This document shows positions 10,923 through 22,306 of a stretch of DNA of 64,000 bases, piece by piece. Within the stretch, counting starts at the first letter, position 1; each line of letters opens with the position of its first letter. The translations under genes and the position numbers were made by a program. This DNA is from Gammaproteobacteria bacterium (GTDB taxonomy: Bacteria; Pseudomonadota; Gammaproteobacteria; JBCCGL01): the NCBI GenBank assembly GCA_965277715.1, contig OZ255836.1, forward strand, positions 1,504,001 through 1,568,000. Reading direction: 5' to 3'. Below the pieces are notes generated by a model. It was not told the origin of the DNA, ran no database searches, and saw only the letters and a list, made by a program, of their open reading frames with translations.

Positions 10923-11768
10923 ATGAACAATGACAGTCTGGAAAGACACAGCCTATTAATTACCGGGTGTTCCAGCGGTATTGGTGCCTGTGTGGCCAAA
11001 GGTTTACACGCACGCGGTTACCGCGTCTTCGCCAGCGTGCGCAACCCCGAAGACTGCGCCGCATTACACGCTGTCGGCATCGAAAGCCTGGTGCTCGACT
11101 ACGACGACCCGGCAAGCATTGACTGCGCTGTCAACCACGTTCTCGAAAAAACGGGCGGCACACTCTATGCGCTGTTCAACAACGGCGCCTACGGCCAGCC
11201 GGGCGCCTGTGAAGACCTCAGCCGCGATGCCCTGCGCAAGCAATTTGAAACCAACGTATTTGGCTGGGTTGAACTGACCAACCGGGTCATCCCCATCATG
11301 CGCAGACAAGGGTACGGGCGCATCATCCAAAACAGCTCCATACTGGGATTTGCCGCCATGCAAATGCGCGGTGCCTACAACGCCAGCAAATTCGCCATCG
11401 AAGGGTTTAGCGATACCCTGAGACTTGAACTACATGGCAGCGGCATTCACATCAGCCTTATCGAACCGGGGCCGATCAGTAGCGCATTTCGCGCCAACGC
11501 CTACCGGGCCTTTAGGGAAAACATTGTCACCGACAACAGCGTACACCAGGCACACTACCAAAATATGATCGAACGGTTTAAAACCCAGGGCAACGTCATG
11601 CCGTTTACACTGCCCCCGGAAGCGGTACTCAAGCGAGTCATCCACGCACTGGAGAGCAAGCGCCCTAAAATCCGCTACCCGGTTACCGTGCCAACGGTAT
11701 TTTTTGCTTGGGCAAAGCGGCTATTAAGTGACCGCATACTAGACAGTATGCTGCGAAGAGTAGGTTAG
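10923..11768 (+). CDS. Short-chain dehydrogenase/reductase (YbbO-like)
   Basis: ITGCSSGIG, NNGAYG, YNASK catalytic motif, EPGPI. Confidence 0.92.
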   Translation: MNNDSLERHSLLITGCSSGIGACVAKGLHARGYRVFASVRNPEDCAALHAVGIESLVLDYDDPASIDCAVNHVLEKTGGTLYALFNNGAYGQPGACEDLSRDALRKQFETNVFGWVELTNRVIPIMRRQGYGRIIQNSSILGFAAMQMRGAYNASKFAIEGFSDTLRLELHGSGIHISLIEPGPISSAFRANAYRAFRENIVTDNSVHQAHYQNMIERFKTQGNVMPFTLPPEAVLKRVIHALESKRPKIRYPVTVPTVFFAWAKRLLSDRILDSMLRRVG

Positions 11769-11982
11769 TCTATCTTTGGCATTTAATACTTAAAACATCC
11801 AGTTAAGGAATATACGCGTTCGTCCTCTGTGTATATGAAATCTAGCGTAAGACGATAGTAGAGCAATATACTAAAAATAAGTAATAGTATACTTGATGGG
11901 ATGGATCCGTTCCCTTTGAACCGGCATCACGATGTGCCAAGATTGAGCGGTAACACAATCAATCTACTATCACCTAAAAAAG

Positions 11983-12133
11983 TCATGGTGTACCACTAGA
12001 ATCCTACCAGGAAGCTAATAACGCAATGAATAACACCTGAAAAGAGCCGCCATAAGCTACAAATAGTATTTTTTATAATATTTTTACTGTTTTTTTATAA
12101 ACCGATAACAAGCTTTATAATTCATAAAATAAA
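11983..12133 (+). repeat. About 150-bp direct repeat, copy 2 (isolated IS4-element leader)
   Basis: Near-identical to 1904-2056; no transposase follows. Confidence 0.88.
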
Positions 12134-12808
12134 GTTTACTAAAGTGGCCGTTCAATCGAGTCTCGAAAAATTTGCTGTGAGAGAGTGCTTTAATAAAGCT
12201 GGTATGGCTATGCCAATTTGGCGTATAATCGAAGAAGATAAAATCTTATAGCAGCTAAAATTTTCTGCAGTAATTAAGCCGCGTGTTGCTCAAGGTTCGC
12301 GAGGTGTCACTTACGCTGAAACAATAAAAAATGCAATAAGCGCTAAAAATATAATATCTGAAAAATACTGTCAAAATGAATGTATTTATGAGAAATATTT
12401 GGCTGGGAGACAATTTAACATTGATGGTGTGCTCTTGGAGGGCATGCCATTTTTCATATGATTACAGAGGAGTGTTATACAGATTTTCGGCCAAGTTGGT
12501 ATTTATTTCCCCCAATATTGGATAGTGGCACAAAAACTGAAATTTTACGTGAAGTGCGCGCTAGTTTATCAGCTTGTGAGTTCTTCTCTGGAGCTTTTTA
12601 CCTTGAAATAAAACTCAAGAATGGGAACGCTCATACAATTAATCTTTCAAATCGTATGCCACCAGACTTTCCAAAATTTGCTTGTAGGATAATGGGATTC
12701 GATCCAATTGAAGATTATATTGAAATAATGCATGGGAGATCTGTTGTGGAGCGCCCGTTAGTTCCACAAAAAGAGAGACAAATATTGCAATATTACAATG
12801 AAAAATAA
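12134..12808 (+). pseudogene. ATP-grasp enzyme remnant
   Basis: Manual translation gives KFAVRECFNKAG...AVIKPRVAQGSRGV...IYEKYLAGRQFNIDG, with an internal TAG near 12249 and a frameshift into ORF 12458..12808. Confidence 0.7.
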
Positions 12809-12856
12809 GATCAAAAACCAACAACTATGGGTAAATAGAAGGATTAAATAGCTACT

Positions 12857-13771
12857 ATGACTATAACTGCCAACGAAAGACAAGACAACGTATATGCCAT
12901 AGCGGCAGTATTGACTGGAGCCGCTGTATTCTCATTCGGGGACGCTGTAGTAAAGTGGATTAGTATAAGCTTGGTTCTATGGCAAATTCTTACACTGCGT
13001 GCGATCATTGCAATTCCAGCTTTGATTGCAATATGTCGACTTCGTTCAAAACCTATACCTCTACTTCCCCAAAGAAAAAATTGGACACTTGCCAGGAGTG
13101 TATTAATGATTTCGATGTGGCTAACATACTATGCTGCTCTAATTCATCTCTCTATATCTGTAGCTGCAACAGTTTATTATACTATGCCAATTTTTCTAAC
13201 TCTCATAGCTGCGATTTTAATAGGCGAACGGGTATCGATAAGCAGTTGGTTTGCAGTGCTACTGGGTTTTTTGGGGGTACTTATTACTATTAAACCGAAC
13301 AAAGAAGGTTTTGATATCTTTACATTATTGCCACTATGCTCAGCTTTATTTTTCGCTTTTGCAATGATAATAACAAGGGTAAAATTGCAGTCAGAGCATC
13401 CTTATATTTTGACCATCAATTTGCAGATTTGCTTTCTTTTAGCTGGATTAGTTGGTACAGGAATTGTTGCCATATATCCTTGGCATGGAACAACAGATCA
13501 ATTCGCCTTTTTTACTAGCTCCTGGCGGAGCCTGAACACAATTGAGTGTGTGGTAATTTTTATTCTCGCAGTGGCGATAACCGTTGGAAACATTTTAACA
13601 TCTATTGCATATCAAAAAGGTAAAGCTTCTGTCATTGGAACATTAAGTTTTGCTTATATACCTTTTATCGCGATCTGGGGGTTTATTTTTCTTGGAGAAG
13701 TGCCTGAAATTTCGACGTTTTTAGGGATGATAATGATATCAATCGCTGGGTTTATTGTTGTGCGGTCTTAA
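12857..13771 (+). CDS. DMT/EamA-family transporter
   Basis: About 10 TM helices; YTMPIF...IGERV and FLGEVP EamA motifs. Confidence 0.88.
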   Translation: MTITANERQDNVYAIAAVLTGAAVFSFGDAVVKWISISLVLWQILTLRAIIAIPALIAICRLRSKPIPLLPQRKNWTLARSVLMISMWLTYYAALIHLSISVAATVYYTMPIFLTLIAAILIGERVSISSWFAVLLGFLGVLITIKPNKEGFDIFTLLPLCSALFFAFAMIITRVKLQSEHPYILTINLQICFLLAGLVGTGIVAIYPWHGTTDQFAFFTSSWRSLNTIECVVIFILAVAITVGNILTSIAYQKGKASVIGTLSFAYIPFIAIWGFIFLGEVPEISTFLGMIMISIAGFIVVRS

Positions 13772-13845
13772 AATTCGAATTTTTGAACAGTTTTTCTCGG
13801 TAAGCAACCATCATCATCGATTGCGAATTGCCTCATAAAAAATGT

Positions 13846-13950
13846 GGCTCTTCGCAGAATTTTGTTAAAACATAATCACTGCTGCCCCGTTAACTTGCGC
13901 AATATCAGCCTGCAAGCCAGAGGCAGCAAGGCCTTGTTGGTTCTCCTTAC
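13846..13950 (-). mobile_element. IS5-like element end fragment
   Basis: GGCTCTTCGCAGAA end-like sequence plus a short transposase-like tail on the minus strand. Confidence 0.4.
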
Positions 13951-14432
13951 TCCAGCGTTCAGGGTGTTTGGCCTTTGCTTGTTCATAAACTGCTTTTCTG
14001 GCTGCCAGTATCGCGTGGTCTTCGCCTTTATGACGCGAGGCTGGTGTCACAAACCCAATGCCGCTATGGCAATGAGAGTCGTTGTACCATTGCATAAATC
14101 CATGCACCCAGTTTCGCGCAGAGGCTAAACTATCAAATGGCTTTGACGGATAGGCAGGGGTGTATTTTAAGGTTCTAAACAGACTTTCTGAATAAGGATT
14201 ATCATCGCTTACCGATGGCCTGCTAAACGAAGGTATCACACCCAACCATTGCAGTTTTGCTAACATGGTAGCACCTTTCATCGGGCCACCATTATCCGCG
14301 TGTAATACCAATTGACTTTGGCTGCACCCCTCCGCTAAACAGGCACGCTGGATCAGCGCCGCTGCCAGATCAGCCGATTCACTCTCATGCACTTCCCAGG
14401 CAACAATTTTACGACTGTAAATATCCATCATC
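13951..14432 (-). mobile_element. IS3-family OrfB internal fragment (inverted copy of about 47-527)
   Basis: Near-identical to the IS3 at the window start; both ends replaced by other IS fragments. Confidence 0.9.
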
Positions 14433-14793
14433 CGTAAGCAAAGCAATGGTCTTGCGGCCATTGTTTAGCAAGAGCTTGGTCACAACCTGTTTGATGGTGG
14501 CTTATACGTGTTCACCAATCGCCACCGCAACAAAATCAAGTGTCTGATGTGGGAGGATAACGGTTTTTGTACTGTATTAAAAAGCCTTGGCCGAAGAGCG
14601 ATTTAAGTGACCTGATCTCAATGAGGAGGTCATGTCGCTGAGCGGAATGCAAATAAACGGCTTGCTTGATGGCTATGATTTAACTGCAACCATATCGGTG
14701 GCGCCGATACTTTAGAGAAGGTAGAAGCCTTGCTACCTTGGAATGTCGTTTTGGACATTGTGTTGGAATAGAGGCTGGTTTAAGGGCGCTTAC
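14433..14793 (+). mobile_element. Internally deleted IS66 (decayed tnpB joined to tnpC end and right inverted repeat)
   Basis: KQSNGLAAIV...GGLYVFTNRHRNKIKCLMWEDNG (TnpB); 3' end matches 1492-1590; terminal GGGCGCTTAC at 14784-14793. Confidence 0.85.
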
Positions 14794-14863
14794 AGTAAAA
14801 CCCCATAACACCCCACACAACCCACATAGAAACAAAAACTAAATAAACCACGCTATCTAAAAA

Positions 14864-15454
14864 CTACTGATGAAACATCGCCACTTCACTTACCAATTCA
14901 GGAAAAAAACGCAAAAAATCATCTTGCATTGCATCGTAATGATTTTCTGCCTCAGCCCCTGCACGCAATAACAAACGCTGTAACTCCGGCTTCTTCTGCC
15001 AGCGCTCAGCAAGCCGCCCAACAACCTCATCAACCCCGTCCAGCGTGCAACAACTGGTGAGCAAATCGCGCTCAATAAAGCGCGGAATATAATCCCTGAA
15101 ATGCACAGGCGCCATTGCCGCATGGAACTGCAAAGTAGCGTAGACACGCCGACAAAACCGCGCAAACGACTCATCAGAAAACAACGCCCAATGTTGAAAT
15201 AAAAAGTGATCGTAATACACATCGACAACAATACCCGCCACACGCCGCTGTGCACCGACAAACCGTTTGCGGCTACGCTGCGTCATCGCATGGGCATCGG
15301 TAAAACTATCGACCATACGGTGCAGACGAATACCCTCACCAACCCCCACATCAAATTGGTCTTCAATCCTGCCGCGCACAAAGTCACCGGAAAGACTACC
15401 GATAATCGATGCAGGGGTATCGGCTGCGAGCAATGCGTGGGCTAGATGATTCAT
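14864..15454 (-). CDS. acpH: Acyl carrier protein phosphodiesterase
   Basis: MNHLAHALLA, GDFVRG, GIRLHRMVDSFTD, DVYYDHFL. Confidence 0.9.
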   Translation of the reverse strand: MNHLAHALLAADTPASIIGSLSGDFVRGRIEDQFDVGVGEGIRLHRMVDSFTDAHAMTQRSRKRFVGAQRRVAGIVVDVYYDHFLFQHWALFSDESFARFCRRVYATLQFHAAMAPVHFRDYIPRFIERDLLTSCCTLDGVDEVVGRLAERWQKKPELQRLLLRAGAEAENHYDAMQDDFLRFFPELVSEVAMFHQ

Positions 15455-15615
15455 TGAATTAATTGTGTACTCTATCAGTGCAAGGCTATACTTTTAGAGA
15501 GTGTCGGAAAACGACTGCGCCCGCAACGTTTTCTGGCACCCTCTTAGGTATCTGACCACTACAACTCGGTTATATTGACTATCAATAATAGCCACATGCT
15601 AAACTCCCTATCGTT

Positions 15616-15870
15616 ATGGCTATTAGCACATTTGATACATTAAAGTTTTCCCGCACGCTCAGGGATGCAGGCGTGCCCGAAAGTCAGGCTGAAGCTGAAG
15701 CGCAAGCTATTCAAGAGGCATTTTCCGAGGCTTTGAATACACAGCTTGCCACTAAAACAGATATTCAACGGTTCGAAAAAGAACTTCTGATTATAAAATA
15801 TATGCTGTGCCTGGTCATGGTTGCCGTTTTCATGCCATGCATAAAAACTGTTTTCTATACCTCAGAATGA
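15616..15870 (+). CDS. DUF1640/CCDC90-like coiled-coil membrane protein
   Basis: FDTLKFSRTLRDAGVPESQAEA, LATKTDI, C-terminal TM helix. Confidence 0.8.
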   Translation: MAISTFDTLKFSRTLRDAGVPESQAEAEAQAIQEAFSEALNTQLATKTDIQRFEKELLIIKYMLCLVMVAVFMPCIKTVFYTSE

Positions 15871-15988
15871 TTCAGTTCAGCCGTAAGGCGCTGCAATAAG
15901 CAAATAAACCTACTTTTACCTTCTATACCGCAATATTAACAACCACATCCTTGTCCTGTTTTAAACATTCAACCTTTGGATGCCATAA

Positions 15989-16744
15989 GTGAACCAACAA
16001 CAACGCGACCGCTACAGCCGTCACATAAACCTGCCACAAATCGGTGAACAGGGTCAGGAAAAACTCCTCGCCAGCCGCTGCCTGATTGTCGGCATGGGCG
16101 GCCTGGGATCGCCAGTGGCCCTCTACCTCGCCGCTGCGGGTGTGGGAAAATTAGTCCTCGCCGACTACGACCAGGTCGAAGTCTCTAATCTGCAACGCCA
16201 AATAGCGCACAGTACAGACCGGGTTGGTCTATTAAAAACCCACTCGGCAAAGCAGGCCTGCCACGCCCTTAACCCGGATATCGACATCGACACCCTCGAC
16301 TACGCGCTCGACGAAGAAGACCTTGATGAAATCGTCGCCAATGTCGATATCGTCGTCGAAGGCAGCGACAACTTCCCCACCCGCTTTGCCGTCAACGCCG
16401 CCTGCGTGCGCAACCGCGTACCGCTGGTATCCGGCGCGGCAATCAGAACCGATGGCCAAATTTCTGTATTCCGCAACGACAGAGACGACAGCCCTTGCTA
16501 CCGTTGCCTCTTCAAAGAAAGCAGTGATGACGGCGACACCTGCGCAATGACAGGCGTACTCGGCCCGGTAGTCGGCATGGTTGGCACCGTCCAGGCAATG
16601 GAAACTATCAAAGTACTACTGAATATCGGCACCGACCTTTCAGGCCGTTTACTGCTACTGGATGGCCTGGCCATGGAATGGAACAGCATCCGCCTAAAGA
16701 AAGACCCGGCGTGCCCAGCGTGTGGCTCCCTCAAAAAGGCATAG
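15989..16744 (+). CDS. moeB: MoeB/ThiF-family adenylyltransferase
   Basis: RYSRHINL, GMGGLGS, SNLQRQ, two CxxC motifs (CYRC, CPAC). Confidence 0.9.
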   Translation: MNQQQRDRYSRHINLPQIGEQGQEKLLASRCLIVGMGGLGSPVALYLAAAGVGKLVLADYDQVEVSNLQRQIAHSTDRVGLLKTHSAKQACHALNPDIDIDTLDYALDEEDLDEIVANVDIVVEGSDNFPTRFAVNAACVRNRVPLVSGAAIRTDGQISVFRNDRDDSPCYRCLFKESSDDGDTCAMTGVLGPVVGMVGTVQAMETIKVLLNIGTDLSGRLLLLDGLAMEWNSIRLKKDPACPACGSLKKA

Positions 16745-16806
16745 CCCCATACCACCAACAATTAGCGTCAGCCTACCTTCCACAGAAACAGGCGAAACCC
16801 TACCAA

Positions 16807-18252
16807 CTACCCCAATTTCTCCTTCAACAACGCATTAAGCTGCGCCGGATTAGCCTTACCACCCGACGCCTTCATTACCTGCCCCACAAAAAACCCCAAC
16901 AATTTTTCCTTACCCGCCCGATACTGCTCACACTGCTGTGGGTTGGCACTAATCACCGCATCAACCAGCGCATCGATCTCACTGGTATCGGTAATTTGCT
17001 GCAAACCACGTGCTGCAATAATCGTATTGGCATCCCCCTCGCCATCCCACATCGCATCAAATACCTGCTTGGCGATTTTCCCAGAAATAGTGTCATCGGC
17101 AATTTTGTCGACAAGCCCCGCCAACTGCACAGCACTGACCGGGCACGCCGTAATCGCCTGGTCAGATTTATTTAACCGCCCGGCCAATTCCGATGTTACC
17201 CAGTTTGCCAACAGCTTTGGCACAGCCTGATGACCCACCTGACTGGCGGCAACGGCTGTTTCAAAATAGTCGGCCACATCACGATCCGCAGTCAATGCGG
17301 TGGCATCCTGTGCCGATAGATCAAACGTTTGCCTGTAACGCTGTTTTTTAGCATCCGGCAATTCAGGCAGTTCACCGCGCAATTGCTCAATCAATGCCGG
17401 TTCCAGCTCCACGGGCAGAAGATCCGGGTCGGGAAAATAGCGGTAGTCATTGGCTTCTTCTTTACTGCGCATCGACCGCGTTTCATCCTTGTCGGCGTCG
17501 TACAGACGCGTCTCCTGCACAACCGTACCACCAGATTCGAGCACGTCGATCTGCCGTTCCACTTCAAAATTGATCGCCTTTTCCAAAAAGCGAAATGAGT
17601 TCACATTTTTGACTTCAGCCCGTGTACCCAGCGTGGTATCACCCTTTAAACGCACCGATACATTCGCATCACAACGCAACGAACCCTCCTGCATATTGCC
17701 ATCACAGATGTCGATGTAACGCACCAGCGAATGAATTTTCTTCGCATAGGCCACCGCTTCTTTAGCCGATGACATATCCGGCTCAGAGACAATTTCCAGC
17801 AACGGTGTACCCGCACGATTCAGGTCGATACCCGTCATGCCCTGAAAATCTTCGTGCAGTGATTTACCGGCGTCTTCCTCCAAGTGCGCACGGGTAATAC
17901 CAATCTGTTTGGTCTCGCCATTTTCCAGTTCGATTTCCAGCGAACCCCTGCCCACAATCGGTAGCTCGTACTGGGAAATCTGGTATCCCTTGGGCAGGTC
18001 AGGGTAAAAATAGTTTTTACGCGCAAACACCGAACGCGGCGCAATATGCGCCCCCGTGGCCAGGCCAAATTTTACCGCCATACGCACCGCCTGTTTATTG
18101 AGTACCGGCAAGGTACCGGGCAACCCCAGATCCACAGCGCTCGCCTGAGTATTCGCCGGTGCGCCAAACGCGGTCGATGAAGCGGAAAAGATTTTACTCT
18201 GGGTGGAGAGTTGTGTGTGTATCTCCAGACCAATAACGGTTTCCCATTGCAT
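16807..18252 (-). CDS. gatB: Asp/Glu-tRNA amidotransferase subunit B
   Basis: [35 protein letters not shown]. Confidence 0.98.
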   Translation of the reverse strand: MQWETVIGLEIHTQLSTQSKIFSASSTAFGAPANTQASAVDLGLPGTLPVLNKQAVRMAVKFGLATGAHIAPRSVFARKNYFYPDLPKGYQISQYELPIVGRGSLEIELENGETKQIGITRAHLEEDAGKSLHEDFQGMTGIDLNRAGTPLLEIVSEPDMSSAKEAVAYAKKIHSLVRYIDICDGNMQEGSLRCDANVSVRLKGDTTLGTRAEVKNVNSFRFLEKAINFEVERQIDVLESGGTVVQETRLYDADKDETRSMRSKEEANDYRYFPDPDLLPVELEPALIEQLRGELPELPDAKKQRYRQTFDLSAQDATALTADRDVADYFETAVAASQVGHQAVPKLLANWVTSELAGRLNKSDQAITACPVSAVQLAGLVDKIADDTISGKIAKQVFDAMWDGEGDANTIIAARGLQQITDTSEIDALVDAVISANPQQCEQYRAGKEKLLGFFVGQVMKASGGKANPAQLNALLKEKLG

Positions 18253-18297
18253 AGCGGTATGTCCTCGGGGTTGGGTGCCTGAGCTTAAACGACGGGT

Positions 18298-19746
18298 TTA
18301 CAACGCCACCGGCATCTGCTGGTGCCAGTCAGTTTGTTGTTGGTATTGATGCGCCGCATTGAGCAACAGCGATTCATCAAACGGCTTGCCAATTAACTGT
18401 AAGCCCACCGGTAGATTGTCGGCAAAACCACACGGCATGGAGATACACGGCAGGCCCGCGAGGTTGGCGGCTATTGTGTAAATGTCGTTTAGGTACATAG
18501 CGACCGGATCGTCATTTTTTGCCCCAATTGGAAAAGCCACCGTCGGTGAGGTGGGGCCGAGAATAAAATCGACCGAGGCAAACGCCGCGTTGAAATCATC
18601 GCTAATCTGGTGCCTGATCTTTTGTGCTTTCAGATAATAGGCGTCGTAATAACCGGCGGATAATGCGTAAGTGCCTATCATCACGCGCCGTTTTACCTCG
18701 TCACCAAACCCTTCGCCACGCGAGCGCTTATATAGATCTTCGAGGTCTTGTGGGTTATCGCAGCGGTAGCCAAAACGCACCCCATCAAACCGTGAAAGGT
18801 TAGAGGAACACTCGGCGGGTGCCACCACGTAATACACCGGCACAGCCAGGTGTTGATTGGGCAGTGATACCTCCCTGAAATTGACCCCGCATTTTTTCAA
18901 TACCTCTATGGCCGACTCGACCGCCTGCGCAACGCCGCTCTCAAGTTTTTGATCAAAGTACTCTTTCGGTAAACCAATTGTTTTACCCTGTAAGTCACGA
19001 TCGAGCACTGCGGTGTAATCATCCACCGGGTGGTCGATACTGGTGGAATCCCGCTCATCAAAGCCTGCCATCGCATTTAATAGCAGTGCACAGTCGTGCG
19101 CATTTTTGGCCATCGGGCCAGCCTGATCGAGGCTGGAGGCAAACGCCACCATACCGTAGCGGGAGATACGCCCATACGTCGGTTTCATACCGGTGATACC
19201 GCACATCGACGCGGGCTGTCGAATCGACCCACCGGTATCAGTACCCGTGGCTGCCACCACCAGCCGTGCCGCCACAGCCGCCGCCGAGCCACCGGAAGAA
19301 CCACCGGGGACACAGTCCGTTGACCAGGGGTTTTTAACACAGCCGTACCAACTGGTCTCATTACTCGAACCCATGGCAAATTCATCCATATTGGTTTTTC
19401 CCAGCGAAACACACCCCGCCCGCTTTAAGCGCGATACCACCGTGGCATCGTAAGGTGAAATAAAGGTATCTAACATCCGCGAACCGCAGGAGGTTTTAAC
19501 GCCCTCCGTACAGAACAAATCCTTATGCGCGATAGGGATGCCGGTCAGCGGCCCGGCAGTGCCATCGGCAATCGCCTGGTCAGCCACCTGCGCCGATGCC
19601 AGTGCCTGCTCACGGGTGACAGTAATAAACGCATTCAGCGTTTTATTTGCCTCAATTCGCTGTAAAAATAATTCGGTTAGCTCGCCACTGCTGATGGTTT
19701 TTTCTGCCAGCGCTGTGGACAGTTCGGCAAGGGTTTTAGTGTGCAT
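18298..19746 (-). CDS. gatA: Asp/Glu-tRNA amidotransferase subunit A
   Basis: Amidase signature [36 protein letters not shown]. Confidence 0.98.
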   Translation of the reverse strand: MHTKTLAELSTALAEKTISSGELTELFLQRIEANKTLNAFITVTREQALASAQVADQAIADGTAGPLTGIPIAHKDLFCTEGVKTSCGSRMLDTFISPYDATVVSRLKRAGCVSLGKTNMDEFAMGSSNETSWYGCVKNPWSTDCVPGGSSGGSAAAVAARLVVAATGTDTGGSIRQPASMCGITGMKPTYGRISRYGMVAFASSLDQAGPMAKNAHDCALLLNAMAGFDERDSTSIDHPVDDYTAVLDRDLQGKTIGLPKEYFDQKLESGVAQAVESAIEVLKKCGVNFREVSLPNQHLAVPVYYVVAPAECSSNLSRFDGVRFGYRCDNPQDLEDLYKRSRGEGFGDEVKRRVMIGTYALSAGYYDAYYLKAQKIRHQISDDFNAAFASVDFILGPTSPTVAFPIGAKNDDPVAMYLNDIYTIAANLAGLPCISMPCGFADNLPVGLQLIGKPFDESLLLNAAHQYQQQTDWHQQMPVAL

Positions 19747-19812
19747 TGTTTACTCGGAAGGCACTGATTCAGCCAGGGCTTTTACGTTAATGGTTTATGC
19801 GAGGGTTAGTGT

Positions 19813-20100
19813 TTATTCAACGACACGGGGCACCAGGTACAACCCGTCTTCAACGGCGGGGGCATGGCGTTGAAAATGTTCACGCCGATCCGTTTCCGTC
19901 GCGACATCTTCGCGCAGGCGCTGGCTGGCGTGTTGTGGGTGCGCCATTGGCGTGACATCGGTGGTATCAATACCGTTCATCTGCTCGACCAGCGCGAGAA
20001 TATCGGATAGGTTACTGACGTAGTGATCCACACGGCCTGGATCTATTTGCAAACGCGCCAAATGCGCAATTTTATCGACATCTTCTGGAGTAAGGGGCAT
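19813..20100 (-). CDS. gatC: Asp/Glu-tRNA amidotransferase subunit C
   Basis: KIAHLARL...PMAHP...LREDV...VPRVVE; upstream of gatA. Confidence 0.96.
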   Translation of the reverse strand: MPLTPEDVDKIAHLARLQIDPGRVDHYVSNLSDILALVEQMNGIDTTDVTPMAHPQHASQRLREDVATETDRREHFQRHAPAVEDGLYLVPRVVE

Positions 20101-20224
20101 AGCGCACAACCTGGTGAGTTAAGCCGGGAATTTTACACCAGCATACCAGGCAGAGGAAATAATTAGACATCGGCATACTTTACCGCCAGAATCCTTTTTT
20201 GTTTTACGCCCAAAGAAAAATACG

Positions 20225-21283
20225 ATGATCAAAACCACCTGCATAGGCGCCTACCCCAAACCTGATTATGTTCCCATTATCGACTGGTTTGAACTTGACC
20301 AGGGGCTGGTCGCAGAGAGCGGTGAAGTCACCCGGCGCTACACCGAGACAATGGCAAACGCCAACGAAGCGATCGAAGCTCTGTTTGTCAAAGCAACCCA
20401 GGCGGCCATCGAAGATCAAGTCAATTGTGGTGTTGATGTCCCCACCGACGGTGAACAGCGTCGGGAAAACTACATCCACTACCACTGCCGACACCTGACT
20501 GGCATCGATTTTGACAACCTAAGCAGTCGCGTTTTGCGTGATGGTGCCTATGAAGCCGAGCTGCCCACCATCAATGGAAAAGTCACTGCACGCGGTGAGC
20601 ACTTCCTCGACCACGACTTTAAAACGGCACAACGCTTTAGCAACCGACCGGTAAAAATCACGGTACCCGGCCCCATCACCATTATCGATACCACGGTGAA
20701 TACGCACTATTCATCGGTACGCGAGCTGGCCTTCGACCTGGCGGATGCGTTGAATTACGAAATACGCGCACTGGTCGAGGCCGGTTGCAAAAACATCCAG
20801 GTTGACGAGCCATTATTCGCCCGCAATGTCGAACGCGCACTGGATTTTGGTGTTGAGTGCCTCGACCGCTGTTTCGACGGTGTACCGAACGATGTCACCC
20901 GCACCATGCACATGTGCTGTGGCTACCCGGATAAGCTCGATAGTGTCGGCTACCACAAGGCCGACCCCAACTGCTATTTCGAGCTGGCCTCAGCGGTCGA
21001 CAATTCATCTGTACACCAGATTTCGGTTGAAGATGCACACCGTTACAATGACTTATCGCTCCTGGAGCAATTTAAAAAATCGCAGCTTATCTTTGGCTCT
21101 ATCACTATTGCAGAGAGCGCCATTGAGTCGGTAGATACCATTGCCGCCCGCCTCCAGGCAGCGCTGCAACACATCGATAAAGACCGCTTAATAGCAGCGC
21201 CCGACTGTGGCCTGGCACTCCTCGGTCGCGAGTTGGCGATAACGAAATTGTGCAATATGTGTGAAGCGGCAAGATCAATCTAA
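20225..21283 (+). CDS. Core (single-barrel) cobalamin-independent methionine synthase-like Zn methyltransferase
   Basis: IGAYPKP, TDGEQRRENY, IQVDEP; Zn ligands HMC...E...PDCG; only 352 aa. Confidence 0.85.
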   Translation: MIKTTCIGAYPKPDYVPIIDWFELDQGLVAESGEVTRRYTETMANANEAIEALFVKATQAAIEDQVNCGVDVPTDGEQRRENYIHYHCRHLTGIDFDNLSSRVLRDGAYEAELPTINGKVTARGEHFLDHDFKTAQRFSNRPVKITVPGPITIIDTTVNTHYSSVRELAFDLADALNYEIRALVEAGCKNIQVDEPLFARNVERALDFGVECLDRCFDGVPNDVTRTMHMCCGYPDKLDSVGYHKADPNCYFELASAVDNSSVHQISVEDAHRYNDLSLLEQFKKSQLIFGSITIAESAIESVDTIAARLQAALQHIDKDRLIAAPDCGLALLGRELAITKLCNMCEAARSI

Positions 21284-21308
21284 ACACACAATTACCTGAA
21301 ATCGCACA

Positions 21309-22160
21309 TTGTCGACCCACCTCAAAGGCCTGCTGATTACAGCGGCAGGCATCCTCCTGCTCAGCCCGGATAGTCTGATTATCCGGCTTATCGAGGCCGA
21401 CCAGTCGACCATTTTATTCTGGCGTGGTTTTTTTGTCTTCGAGGGCATGTTACTTATCACCGCCATCGTGCACCGCCGCCGCACACCGGCTGCATTTAAA
21501 GCTATCGGCCTGCCGGGGCTTGGCGTCGCATTGATGTGGGCATTCAGCACATTCTTTTTTATCAGTGCCCTACTCCACACCAGCGTTGCCAATACCCTGA
21601 TCATTATCAGCACCTCGCCGGTTTTTGCGGCACTGTTAAGCCGTATTTTCCTGCGCGAAAAAATTGCCAGGCACACCGCCATAACCATTATCGTGGTTAT
21701 CACAGCAGTGGCCTTAATCGTATCAGGCAGCTATAAAAGTGGTAGCTGGCTGGGAGATTTTTTCGCGTTGGGGACGGCGGTCTGCGTTGCCTGCACATTT
21801 GTATTTACCCGGCAAAAGAAAGAGTGCGATATGACACCCGCTGTCGCCTTGAGTGGGTTGTTGATTGCTCTGGTCGCGCTGCCGTTTGCATCGCCTTTTG
21901 CGGTGAGTGTACAAACCGCCTGGTTATTTCTATCATTGGGCTTATTACTCACCCTCGCCCTGGGGCTATTGTTTATTGGGCCACGCTATATCCCCGCCGC
22001 CGAAGTCAGCTTAATGTTGCCACTGGAAACCGTGCTAGGTTCATTGATCGTCTGGTTGGTCCTGGGTGAACAGCCCACGGTTAACGCCATGCTAGGGGGT
22101 GCAATAGTGGTTATAGCATTAATGCTTCACTCAGCGATTGCATTGCGTAAACAAGAATAG
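21309..22160 (+). CDS. DMT/EamA-family transporter
   Basis: About 10 TM helices; SPVFAALLSRIFLRE, LVLGEQP. Confidence 0.88.
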   Translation: MSTHLKGLLITAAGILLLSPDSLIIRLIEADQSTILFWRGFFVFEGMLLITAIVHRRRTPAAFKAIGLPGLGVALMWAFSTFFFISALLHTSVANTLIIISTSPVFAALLSRIFLREKIARHTAITIIVVITAVALIVSGSYKSGSWLGDFFALGTAVCVACTFVFTRQKKECDMTPAVALSGLLIALVALPFASPFAVSVQTAWLFLSLGLLLTLALGLLFIGPRYIPAAEVSLMLPLETVLGSLIVWLVLGEQPTVNAMLGGAIVVIALMLHSAIALRKQE

Positions 22161-22306
22161 AAACCACGATTCCTCATCATTACACCGTACCAACACGAAA
22201 AAAACCCCACAATCACTCACCCTTACCCTCACCCAGGCAATTGAGAACACTCAACAGTATATGTTGTGTTAAATTACCTTTTGTCTTATTTCCACTAGGA
22301 TTTGTT

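Noticed and set aside
11901-11982. GGATCCGTTCCCTTTGAACCGG as a possible additional IS end
   Set aside because: No partner end or transposase is visible, so it cannot be supported
13865-14461. 198-aa ORF as an intact transposase
   Set aside because: It is a chimera: the start comes from the IS66 remnant, the core is an IS3 fragment and the tail is another IS fragment
1484-14801. IS66 composite transposon carrying the Bat operon
   Set aside because: The flanks TGTAATTC and AGTAAAAC match at only 5 of 8 positions, so there is no target duplication; both IS66 copies are remnants
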